A stretch of DNA of 64,000 bases, from contig JBAQFZ010000059.1 of NCBI GenBank assembly GCA_049287525.1, positions 3,045-67,044 on the forward strand. Reading direction: 5' to 3'. This DNA comes from Halobacteriota archaeon. GTDB taxonomy: Archaea; Halobacteriota; Syntropharchaeia; Alkanophagales; Methanospirareceae. The translations under genes and the position numbers were made by a program. The notes beneath the pieces were generated by a model that saw only the letters and a list, made by a program, of their open reading frames with translations, ran no database searches and was not told the origin of the DNA. Of the stretch, positions 47,555 through 56,564 are shown one piece after another (within the stretch, counting starts at the first letter, position 1; the number at the start of each line of letters is the position of its first letter).

Positions 47555-50014
47555 TCAGCCGCTTATTTCTATGCAACAGCATTTCAGTTCATACTGCCCA
47601 GGATAGCCGACGTAATACAGCAAGTCTATCACGTCCGACATGTCTATGCTGCTCTTGTCGCAGTTCACATCCGCTACCCACTCGTTACAAATTGTATATT
47701 GCCCCAGATAACCCACATAATATAGCAGGTCTATTACATCCGACATGTCCACTACTTCATTGCAGTTTACGTCACCGCATTTCCATGTCTCGGTCAGGCA
47801 GTTGTTGGTCTCGTTGCTCTCTTCTATCGTATTAGTGGAGTCGGCACATACCGTTATGATGTCGCCTGGTGGCGTGTATGCCCATGTGTAGTTGAAACAT
47901 CCGGTGTAGCTCGCATTTGGTGCCAAATTCACGGGTACAGAATCGTATACCTTTTCAACACCGTCTACAAACAGCGTTGTATTATGCCCTGCTGGTGCCG
48001 TACCATCTCCGACGTTCGTCACATGATAGCAAATCGTGCAGTTAGCTGGCCAGCAGACCCATATCCCGATTAGCTCCAGGTCTGGCAGTAACATTGCTAC
48101 TTCCGTCAACGGATGCCAATCTCCGCCTTGTTGTATACCACCAGACGAATTGTAGGGTAGCATTGTATCACCAAGCCCATCGCCATCTTCATCCGTACCG
48201 GCATAGTCGCTCCAGTAGTTACCGCCAGACCAGAACCCGCCGACGATGTTTGTTCCCGGAATAGGTGTGATATTCCATACGTTGGTTCCAGCATCATCAT
48301 CATCATAAGCGTTGTTCGTGTTGTCGAAGTAGTTATTGTAGATCGTATTGCCATTGGACAATATTAGAGTGATACCGATGCCGTTAGTGGTTACATTATT
48401 ACCCGTTATCGTAACGTTATCAGAATTATTCAGCCTGATACCACCCGCATTATTGGCAATCCGGTTCTCGCTGATATTGACACCATCCGGGCTGTTATCC
48501 AGATCAGATAAATTGCTCTTCGATGGCTGCATTCCTGACTCATAATCCTCACTTAGCAGCGCAAGTGCAGTAGGCGGCGCAGCATAATCAGCACTTACGA
48601 TTGGCTGCTGCAAAGCGCCACCATCTGCTACTGTGGCACCTGCAAAACCAGGCATCATACCAGAACCTGAACCAGAACCAGAGACGTAATCAAGCAGAAT
48701 GGCGTAGTCACTGTTGTTAACGATAGTATTGTTGTGAATCGAAGCATTGGTGAATGAGTAGAGTTTGATGCCGTAAGCATAACTAAAAGCCGCGTTGGCC
48801 GCGATGTAGTTATCTGAGACAATGGCACCCGAACTTTCTTTCAGATAAACACCGTATCCAAGATAGTCCCCAACTCCATTGTCTACCAGGGTATTTCCTG
48901 TAATCGTCAGATTCGCAGGAGCCGCCGCAGTATAAAAAAGCGTACTTAATATCCCATGATATATGTTATGCGATGCAGTGTTATTACAAATCGTGATGTT
49001 CTCGGTTGGCGAGTCCCCCAGAAAAATGCCGTGATACCCATTATTGTTCGCCGTGTTATTGTAAATCAAAGCGTCACTGCTCTTGTATATAACAATCCCG
49101 TGTACATCATTCTCCGATGCCGTGTTATTGATAACCGTATTGTTATAAGCCGTGTCATGGATATACACCCCATACATATTGTGCCTTGCCGTGTTGTTGG
49201 TTATTGTTGCGTTACGGGACGTCCAAGATAAAATGCCGGTCCCCGTATCTTGAGTAAGATTGAAATTATAGGAGACTTCATTACTGTCAATCAGGCAGTT
49301 ATCCGAAGAATACAGACGTATACCTTCCCAGTCATTATAATTGGCAGTATTGCGTATCAGCTTGTTATTATCTGATTCATAAAGATAGATCCCCATATGC
49401 CATTCGTTCGAGTTCGCGGTGTTGTTCGTGAGCGTATTGTTATCGCTTGAAGCCCACAAGTAGATGCCGTACTGTTTGTTCGCGCTTGCGTTGTTGTTGG
49501 CAATAGTGTTGTTAAATGAGTTGTACAAATAGATACCGCAATTGTTCGAGTTTACTGTGTTGTCCGTGATGCAGCAAGTATTAACGCCGCTAAGGTAGAT
49601 TCCCGCCTTAGCATAACTCGTTGCTCCTATCAACGTGAATCCTGAGATGTTCACCCGGTTTTGGTTCACCTCAACGACATGATCGCTTGCGTCGTTCGCT
49701 TGCACAATCACTACATCCCTGTTCTCGCCTTGCAACGTCAGCGACTTGTTCACGATTACGTTATCAAGGTAACTGCCGTTGTACACGTAAATCAAGTCGC
49801 CCACAGTCGCGTTATTTATTGCCGATTGTATCGGTGTTGAACTCGCATTGAACTGCGCCGGGGCAATCCACCACCCGCTTGTGTTCACATAAATTGCGGT
49901 TGCCGACGCAGTGCCCACGCTACCAAACGTCAATACGATAAACAGGAATAGCACAAGCACAACAGATTTTATTACTGCTGCCCCGCTTTTGCGCATTTTC
50001 ATAATTTTACCCAT
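47555..50014 (-). CDS. secreted right-handed parallel beta-helix (PbH1/NosD-like) protein, CARDB-like domain, C-terminal dockerin, ends KCCCIEISG
   Basis: Many PbH1 repeats (NTVNSNNCGIYLYNSFNNTIANNNASANKQYGIYLWASSDNNTLTNNTANSNEWHMGIYL...). NosD-like C-terminal GGNYWSDYAGTDEDGDGLGDTMLPY. CARDB and dockerin as in the 43548 protein. Confidence 0.75.
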   Translation of the reverse strand: MGKIMKMRKSGAAVIKSVVLVLFLFIVLTFGSVGTASATAIYVNTSGWWIAPAQFNASSTPIQSAINNATVGDLIYVYNGSYLDNVIVNKSLTLQGENRDVVIVQANDASDHVVEVNQNRVNISGFTLIGATSYAKAGIYLSGVNTCCITDNTVNSNNCGIYLYNSFNNTIANNNASANKQYGIYLWASSDNNTLTNNTANSNEWHMGIYLYESDNNKLIRNTANYNDWEGIRLYSSDNCLIDSNEVSYNFNLTQDTGTGILSWTSRNATITNNTARHNMYGVYIHDTAYNNTVINNTASENDVHGIVIYKSSDALIYNNTANNNGYHGIFLGDSPTENITICNNTASHNIYHGILSTLFYTAAAPANLTITGNTLVDNGVGDYLGYGVYLKESSGAIVSDNYIAANAAFSYAYGIKLYSFTNASIHNNTIVNNSDYAILLDYVSGSGSGSGMMPGFAGATVADGGALQQPIVSADYAAPPTALALLSEDYESGMQPSKSNLSDLDNSPDGVNISENRIANNAGGIRLNNSDNVTITGNNVTTNGIGITLILSNGNTIYNNYFDNTNNAYDDDDAGTNVWNITPIPGTNIVGGFWSGGNYWSDYAGTDEDGDGLGDTMLPYNSSGGIQQGGDWHPLTEVAMLLPDLELIGIWVCWPANCTICYHVTNVGDGTAPAGHNTTLFVDGVEKVYDSVPVNLAPNASYTGCFNYTWAYTPPGDIITVCADSTNTIEESNETNNCLTETWKCGDVNCNEVVDMSDVIDLLYYVGYLGQYTICNEWVADVNCDKSSIDMSDVIDLLYYVGYPGQYELKCCCIEISG

Positions 50015-50639
50015 TTTTCTTAAAATTAAAAATCTTGATGGGGCTTAGGCTTATATATAGTTATCGAATAGGGATATTGCATAATTAAGGCAAAAATGGA
50101 CTATGGCAGCAATCTGACCCGAGTTGAGCAAGAAAAGAGAGCCAATAGGAGATGTTCCGATAATAGTTCCAGGTTTACAACTTTTATGTCCAGATTGTAT
50201 TGGAGACGATTGATAGTTTATTGATACAATCCTTCTTTTCATGAAATTAAAGCGGGAGCATGTTCTATAATACTATCTAAAGGAGAAGGAAAAGGAAAAG
50301 GGTGGATATTATGGGACCGATATAGCAATACTTGCTAAAGAACCGGAAGTAAGATGGTATTCCATCAAAAAGAGGTTGAAAGAATGGCTATTGCGTCCTC
50401 CGCCAGTTTTGACAGGATATTCACACTCTCAGACCATCCGATCAAAGAGGATAATAAAAGCCAGGATGGAACTTTTAAGACCTGAACAGCAAGGCATGTA
50501 CCGCCTACACATCATCATCCACATGTTTAGATTCTGCTCTTATGCGTTATTGGCATTAACAAGTCCCTTATTTACGGGATTTTTGAATAGTAAGTTTTAT
50601 ATAGGTGTAGGGGGTATCCATCCTACATAGCAATCAAAA

Positions 50640-51416
50640 GATACAAAGCGAGGCAATCGTGTATACTTGGAAGAGTACAAATCCATAAGGCAAGGAAAAA
50701 AGGTTATTAGCAAATTCATACGCTACATCGGTCCCGAGGACAAACTATCAACGAGTGAAAAAAACGCGCAATCCCGGGAAATTGCTGTCCATCAGGGTGA
50801 TCAACAGAGTCATCGACCCTGAGAGTGTCACCCAAATGGAACGCTGGGTGCCCACTACGGATCTTCCTTATCTGGCTGGGATTTCAGCTAAGGAAATCAC
50901 AAAAGATGCGGTTCTTTCAGCACTCGATTTTGTATGCGTGGATGACCACGGCAGTGGACGTGTCGCTGATCTGAGCGCTGAACTGGGATACAACCCCAAA
51001 AGGATCCGGCGTCGCCAAGTGAACCTCGCAGTGCTGGTATCAAAGCATGATAAACATCCCATCGCGCATTTTGTCTACAATGGAAGCCGTCACAGCATAA
51101 TAACCGTGAAGAATCTCCTCGCTCGCTTGAGCATCGGGTAAGGGCGTATCTGTTCGTGTGCATGCTGGCATATTGGCTATTATCTGTGCTTCAGTGGAAG
51201 TTGAAAGAAGCTTCGGGCAAAGAGGATTCGTGGGAACGTGCAGATACGCTGTTGCAAGACCTTGCCAGAGTAGAACGGGTGGAGGTCACGTTTGGTAATG
51301 AAATAAAGACGTGGTACCTCAATGTGACGAAGGAGATAACGGATACTCTGAAGGAAATCGGCTTGATAGATTTACTTAAAGAGGAAACACACCTCTCTGA
51401 TTGCCTAGAAATGTAG
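50640..51416 (+). mobile_element. frameshifted/truncated transposase remnant (possibly IS1634/IS4-superfamily)
   Basis: Several short ORFs in different frames: ..IVYTWKSTNPIRQGKKVISKFIRYIGPEDK.. (an N-terminus of the kind seen in IS1634-like transposases), MKKTRNPGKLLSIRVINRVIDPE...YNPKRIRRRQVNLAVL, and MLAYWLLSVLQWKLKE.... It lies at the boundary of the duplicated segment. Confidence 0.3.
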
Positions 51417-51441
51417 GGGGTACATCTTCGCTAAGCAGGTA

Positions 51442-52128
51442 TTAAAACTTTCCAGACACAGGATTCCTTGGCGGAGCATCCCCTACTACAAATTTCACTT
51501 CATAATACTTCAACTGGATATTGTCATTAACAGAAACCGCATAATCAAGCCCTTCGTCAAATTCGTTCACAATTATAATTCCTCTGACGCTCTCACCGTT
51601 CTTCGCTAAATTCCGGTTAATCCAGCCCATATATCGTTGAATCTGACCTACTACTTTATCGCTTTCTTTTCCCTTTTTTGTTTCAACCACGACAAAATCT
51701 CTATTCCTATCACTGCACAGAAGGTCTATGCGACCAACAGTCTTTGTATCGTATTCCTTTTCCTTCAGTTCAAGACCCTTTTCTATCTGCGATGGGTCGC
51801 TTGCCAGATAGTTTATCAAATCTTTTTCTAAACTCACAGAATAAGGTGGAATCTCTACAGCCTCTTCTTCATCCTCAAACTCTTCTGCTAAGGCATAATA
51901 GCCTTTTTCAAGTCCTTCGGTAGATAAAATCCCTTCTTTTTTGAGTTTGTTTAGATACGAAGTAAGTCCTGATGGTGTTCTATACCCTTTTTTGACGTGT
52001 TCGGGTTGGCTGCTTCTTATAAAATCGATGATTGCGTCTCTATGTGCTGTGTGCTCTTTCTTTTCGTTTCTCAGATAGTACACAATCAAATCTCTTACAC
52101 GCATCTTCTCTAAATCAAGCATTTCCAT
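51442..52128 (-). CDS. wHTH + PD-(D/E)xK nuclease domain protein (NucS/DUF91-like C-terminus)
   Basis: C-terminal GRIDLLCSDRNRDFVVVETKKGKESDKVVGQIQRYMGWI matches the D..ExK nuclease core. Confidence 0.5.
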   Translation of the reverse strand: MEMLDLEKMRVRDLIVYYLRNEKKEHTAHRDAIIDFIRSSQPEHVKKGYRTPSGLTSYLNKLKKEGILSTEGLEKGYYALAEEFEDEEEAVEIPPYSVSLEKDLINYLASDPSQIEKGLELKEKEYDTKTVGRIDLLCSDRNRDFVVVETKKGKESDKVVGQIQRYMGWINRNLAKNGESVRGIIIVNEFDEGLDYAVSVNDNIQLKYYEVKFVVGDAPPRNPVSGKF

Positions 52129-52208
52129 CTTCTGCCCTCCTTTTTTCTCCTTTCCCCAGCGCCGCTGCGAAACACACTTTAAATCTCATCAACATTTTTT
52201 AACACTTC

Positions 52209-52583
52209 TTATGATGCCTTTATTTTTGGCGCTTCGACAAACAAACCAAGTGTACCTCTAATTTCAAGCCCAAGTGCCTTTGCAGCATTTCTGCCTCTTT
52301 TTTCGTCAATCAATATTCTAGCACCGGAGTGCAGTGCCAGAGCAATTGCCTCCGCTTCTCCTTCATCAACCACAAGCATGAGTGCCTTCACCAATTCGGT
52401 GTTTTTCACTTCAGTAGCCTTAATCCAAGGATTATTTCGGAATAGAATAGACCCTTCAGTTTTTCTCCGTAACTCTCTCGCGACAGCCTCAGGGGCCAAA
52501 ACTTCTTCATGCACCTCTTTAAGAATAAAAAGTAACCTCGATTTAAACAACACCACTAAGGGACCGGTATCAGAAACGATCAT
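52209..52583 (-). CDS. PIN-domain protein (DUF3368-like) type II toxin candidate
   Basis: Starts MIVSDTGPLVVL; 124 aa; 4-nt overlap with the upstream UPF0175-like gene. Confidence 0.6.
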   Translation of the reverse strand: MIVSDTGPLVVLFKSRLLFILKEVHEEVLAPEAVARELRRKTEGSILFRNNPWIKATEVKNTELVKALMLVVDEGEAEAIALALHSGARILIDEKRGRNAAKALGLEIRGTLGLFVEAPKIKAS

Positions 52584-52855
52584 ATTTTGCCAAGTTCCTC
52601 TTGTAAGTCCTCCACGGTGATGTTTGTGTAGCTGATCTTCCTTTTTCCTAACTCGTAGAGAAAATCCCAGAGAGTTAACTTTGCAGTATCCGCAGCTTGT
52701 TTCAATGTCATCTTCCCCTCTCGGTAAAGCTCCACAGCTAAAGCTATTCTCGCCTCGTGATATTTCTTCTGGAGTTCGAGCATGTTATCCGCCAAAGCTA
52801 CGAGTTTATCGTGCTTTGCTACCTCCTCATGATTGGAGAAGTCATTGAAGGGCAC
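52580..52855 (-). CDS. UPF0175-family antitoxin candidate (start may be the internal Met at ~52783)
   Basis: ALAVELYREGKMTLKQAADTAKLTLWDFLYELGKRKISY matches UPF0175, which is known to pair with DUF3368 PIN proteins. Confidence 0.55.
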   Translation of the reverse strand: MPFNDFSNHEEVAKHDKLVALADNMLELQKKYHEARIALAVELYREGKMTLKQAADTAKLTLWDFLYELGKRKISYTNITVEDLQEELGKI

Positions 52856-53040
52856 AGAAAGCTTCTTTAGGTTTGCGATTTTGATTTCTGGTATTTGTAT
52901 AGCTCACCGCAAACAAAGTTCATTGGTGAGCAATTCTTTGAGTTCATCATAGACATCCTTTCCCTGTAACCGCCACGTAGCGAAGACTGAAGCGATGTAT
53001 AAGCCCTTACAGGGCTTGCGGGGTTATAGGGGCAGAGCCC

Positions 53041-53629
53041 CTATTGATAATATTCAGCACCATTCTCGGATCTAAAAGTACCGATGACCTTCCGCATAAG
53101 CACGTGCTCCCTGATAACCTGCTCGCTGAGATTGTTCGTTGGCTCCATTCCAGGGTAAAGGAGGCATGTATACCCGCTTCCCAGACCGTTTCGGATATAC
53201 GTTACCGGCTTCTTCAGTTCTTTGAACGTGCTGAATTGCTCCGCTATCAAACTTTAGGAAAGTTTGATCAAAATGCTTCGCTATCTGCCATTTCCCTATC
53301 CCACACTTCTTTCTGCTGTATCCGCTCTTCCATGGATGCAGGCGGGTCTTTCCCGAGGAACTCCTTTAATGCCTTGAATTTTGCATGAATGGTCTTTGAT
53401 AGCTCCTTACCGCCGGGCTTTTCGATGAACGCCCTTAGGCGTGATGTCGAAGGAATTGAGGTTTTAAATTCTCGTTTATCTTTATTAGCTCTGCATTCTG
53501 CTTTGTTAACCCAGCATTCTGCTTTTCTAGTTCTGCTACCTTTTCTTCCAGCGCCTCTATCTGGAGCATCAAACTTCGATAATCGCTCGCTGTTACTGAC
53601 ATCTCCACACTCAGACTTTCAGCCATCAA
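53041..53629 (-). mobile_element. IS66-family transposase (TnpC) remnant, internally deleted pseudogene
   Basis: N-terminal leucine-zipper piece (LQIEALEEKVAELEKQNAGLTKQNAELIKINENL, 53435-53629). C-terminal piece with the IS66 TNNxSEQ..R.....RK...G..S..GA motif (PTNNLSEQVIREHVLMRKVIGTFRSENGAEYY, 53041-53250). The ~400-aa middle is missing. Adjacent palindromes at 53003-53042. Confidence 0.55.
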
Positions 53630-53690
53630 AAGTAATATGGTGCCATATATTTAAATAAAGGTATTTCCCACTCCAACATATAATGAGCAT

Positions 53691-55520
53691 ATGCACATGT
53701 CCGGAAAAAATCGAAAAGTTTTTAAAGGGATATGTAGCTATACAACTAAAATGAACAAACATTTGTGTACTGCCATGCTGATATTCTCAAAGAGTGCAAG
53801 GTTGGAGAGGTTTAAGAAAGAGCTTCTTCCTCTTATCTTGCTGTTTGCCCTGGCCTTTACAATACGCTTCATGGGTGGCGCATGGGAAACTAGATGGGAC
53901 AACGATGCGTACATGGCGAGACAGTCCGAGCATATCTATTCGTTCGGACACCCGGCAGTTCCGGACCCTTTCAGCTCATCGCCCTTATATCAGCCGGGTA
54001 TGGCATATCTTCTCGCCTTCGTGGGCTGGATAACTGACTTTATCCCATACAAATTTGCGCTGCCAGGCATGATCATCTCAGAGGGACTGGTGCCACCCTT
54101 GCTCGGGGCTGCCACCGTGCTGGTTGTATACTGGTTTGCAAAAAGCCTGTTTAATAAGCCTGCGGGAGTCATTGCGGGAGTTCTTGCTTCATTCTCCTAT
54201 TTTCTGATTTCCCGAACCATGAAAGGGTTCGTCTTCCACAACGCGCTTTCCCTTTTTCTCATCATCTTGACTGTTACGGTTGCTTGGCAAGCGCTCAAGA
54301 CGATTGAGGAATCCTTTCCACGTGATTTTAAGAGTCGAACTGTCTATTTGGCAACGATCCTCGCTCCGGCAGTTCTTATCGGCCTTACGGGTTTCACATG
54401 GGGTGGCTACTTTATCCTGCATGCGATACTGTTTTTTTACGGACTGCTGCTCACCGCTTTCACTTTGATCAGCCGCAATTCTCTGAATAGCGATAAAAAT
54501 TATCTGCTGAAGACCTGGGTGTTCATCTGTTCTACTCTGCTTTTAGGCTCTCTACTCGCATTAATGCTTTATCCGGTACGTGGACCACCGGAGATACTAA
54601 GAGCGGCACAGATGCTGCGATTTGCAGAAGGGCCGCTGGTCTATAAATTTACGGCAGACCTCCATGCGCCAGTACTCGGCAACTTTGACGCTCTTTTTGG
54701 ATCATTTCTGGTGATTGGGGTTGCCCTGACCGCAATTGGCGTATACGGTCTTTACAAACGCGACGAAGAACGAGGATTATATCTCCTTGTTGCACTGCTC
54801 GTTACCCTGGTTCCTGCAGTCAGAGCATACCATTTCATCGACATATTCTCAATGTTTGCGTATACTGCCCTCGGCATAGGTGCCGCGTTCCTCGTGGAAA
54901 GAGCAAGACGGAACGAGCAAAAATTCCTGTGGAAAAAGCTGGTGGCAGTAGCTGTTCTCATAATCTTAGGCATCGCATTCGTCAATCCTGTTATTGGTTC
55001 TTTACCTGCTGTGCGTTTTTCCTATACGATTAAACCAGAATGGAAAGATGCGTTTTGCTACATCAAAAATAATACGGACCCGGATTCCCTGTTCATCAAC
55101 TGGTGGGACTATGGCAATTCATTAGCGTATTTCGCACAACGGCGGTCGGTAATCGACCAGATGCACTTCCCAGACGATGAAGTAACGGCGGTCTCATCGG
55201 TCATCATGGCAACGGACCCTGAGGAAGGATTGCAGATAGCTCGAACTCTCAAACAGCAACACAATAGCTCAGAAGTATATCTGATGCTCTTTCTAAATGA
55301 TGCTTTTATATCGCCCGTGATAGGTTATGCTGCTGGGTACAAACAAGCATCCGTTAATGAGTCTATCGTGATGATTTGCGATGAGCATGGGCGATTGGTT
55401 GGGATGAATGATCTCACAAATCAGACTACCTACTACCGGCTCTGGACTAAACAGTCCATAGCTGGCTACACGCCTTTTTATGCGAATAATGAAGTAAAAA
55501 TATATAGGTTAAACGTGTAG
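53691..55520 (+). CDS. aglB: archaeal oligosaccharyltransferase AglB (STT3 family), short form
   Basis: Multi-TM N-terminus; INWWDYGNSLAYF is the WWDYG motif; 609 aa. The start codon is uncertain (alternative Met at +20). Confidence 0.78.
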   Translation: MHMSGKNRKVFKGICSYTTKMNKHLCTAMLIFSKSARLERFKKELLPLILLFALAFTIRFMGGAWETRWDNDAYMARQSEHIYSFGHPAVPDPFSSSPLYQPGMAYLLAFVGWITDFIPYKFALPGMIISEGLVPPLLGAATVLVVYWFAKSLFNKPAGVIAGVLASFSYFLISRTMKGFVFHNALSLFLIILTVTVAWQALKTIEESFPRDFKSRTVYLATILAPAVLIGLTGFTWGGYFILHAILFFYGLLLTAFTLISRNSLNSDKNYLLKTWVFICSTLLLGSLLALMLYPVRGPPEILRAAQMLRFAEGPLVYKFTADLHAPVLGNFDALFGSFLVIGVALTAIGVYGLYKRDEERGLYLLVALLVTLVPAVRAYHFIDIFSMFAYTALGIGAAFLVERARRNEQKFLWKKLVAVAVLIILGIAFVNPVIGSLPAVRFSYTIKPEWKDAFCYIKNNTDPDSLFINWWDYGNSLAYFAQRRSVIDQMHFPDDEVTAVSSVIMATDPEEGLQIARTLKQQHNSSEVYLMLFLNDAFISPVIGYAAGYKQASVNESIVMICDEHGRLVGMNDLTNQTTYYRLWTKQSIAGYTPFYANNEVKIYRLNV

Positions 55521-55651
55521 CAATTTGAATTTATTTTCCCCTTAACGAACTGCATTCGGTATCAGGATAGAGACTTATCACTTCTAAAGCTTCTTTTATC
55601 GCATCAGAAATAAAATCCGGTGGTCTCGTTCTATCTCAGTTTGTTAGCCTC

Positions 55652-56485
55652 TCAACTCAACTCCAATGGCTTTGCCTCTGACCACATCTCATCAAATTTC
55701 TCTCTCAGCTCTTTTGCTAATTTCACATCCCATATCTTCGTCATCGCAAGTATTGAAGCGGGATTCTTTGGATTTGCCACTTCTAAAACGACCTTTTCGC
55801 GGTCAATAACCTCAAAATAAGAAGGAATAGCTTTTTTCATCACTCTTATTTCAACTTTATCCATTATTTTCTCTTTTACGCCAAGCTCTTTCAAATATTC
55901 CAGCTCTGGTATTATGAACTCTTCATTCAGCAGTGCTTTTATTTTTACTCCCCTCTCGGTAGCTTTAATCACCTCATAAAGTATGAGGTTATATTCACTA
56001 TCTTTAAACACACACTCCCCGTTTTGAGATTCACAGTCTAAGATAACGCAGCAGATTTCTTTCTCCGCCTCTTCAAAATTGGATTTTATCATTTCCGCAA
56101 CTTCTTCTATCCCGACCGCGGTTGTCCAGAAGGTTCTTTCTTTAGGTCTCGCAGGAATTCTCTTTGAAATAATTTCTTCTACCTGTAATGCTGCTTCAAT
56201 CGTCTTCTGCAACTGCTTTTCCATATTCTCCCTCTTTTGCTGCAATAGCGTCTTAAACGCCAATCGGGGTTTTCTTGCTATGTATCTCTTTGGTCTGGTG
56301 TTTTGAACCTCAATCAACCCCCTGGCAGCGAGCGAATTCAATTCCTGATACACTCTGCCAAACGGGATTTTTGTCGCCTTGCATATCACGCTTGCCTCGG
56401 CAATACCCAATTCCACTACTTTCAGGTACGCCTCAATCTCATAATTGCTCAACCCGAGTTCCTTGAGCAGTCTCTTCACTTCCAT
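55652..56485 (-). CDS. TrmB-family transcriptional regulator
   Basis: N-terminal LKELGLSNYEIEAYLKVVELGIAEASVICKATKIPFGRVYQELNSLAARGLI is a TrmB HTH; 277 aa. Confidence 0.72.
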   Translation of the reverse strand: MEVKRLLKELGLSNYEIEAYLKVVELGIAEASVICKATKIPFGRVYQELNSLAARGLIEVQNTRPKRYIARKPRLAFKTLLQQKRENMEKQLQKTIEAALQVEEIISKRIPARPKERTFWTTAVGIEEVAEMIKSNFEEAEKEICCVILDCESQNGECVFKDSEYNLILYEVIKATERGVKIKALLNEEFIIPELEYLKELGVKEKIMDKVEIRVMKKAIPSYFEVIDREKVVLEVANPKNPASILAMTKIWDVKLAKELREKFDEMWSEAKPLELS

Positions 56486-56564
56486 TTTACAACATCTTTA
56501 TAGGTTTTTTGTTGAGTATAAATCTTATCTATTCTATTGTAATTTAGATATATCAATATAAAAA

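Noticed and set aside
53044-53388. 114-aa plus-strand ORF
   Set aside because: It is antisense to the IS66 TnpC C-terminal fragment, which carries the diagnostic TNNxSEQ motif.
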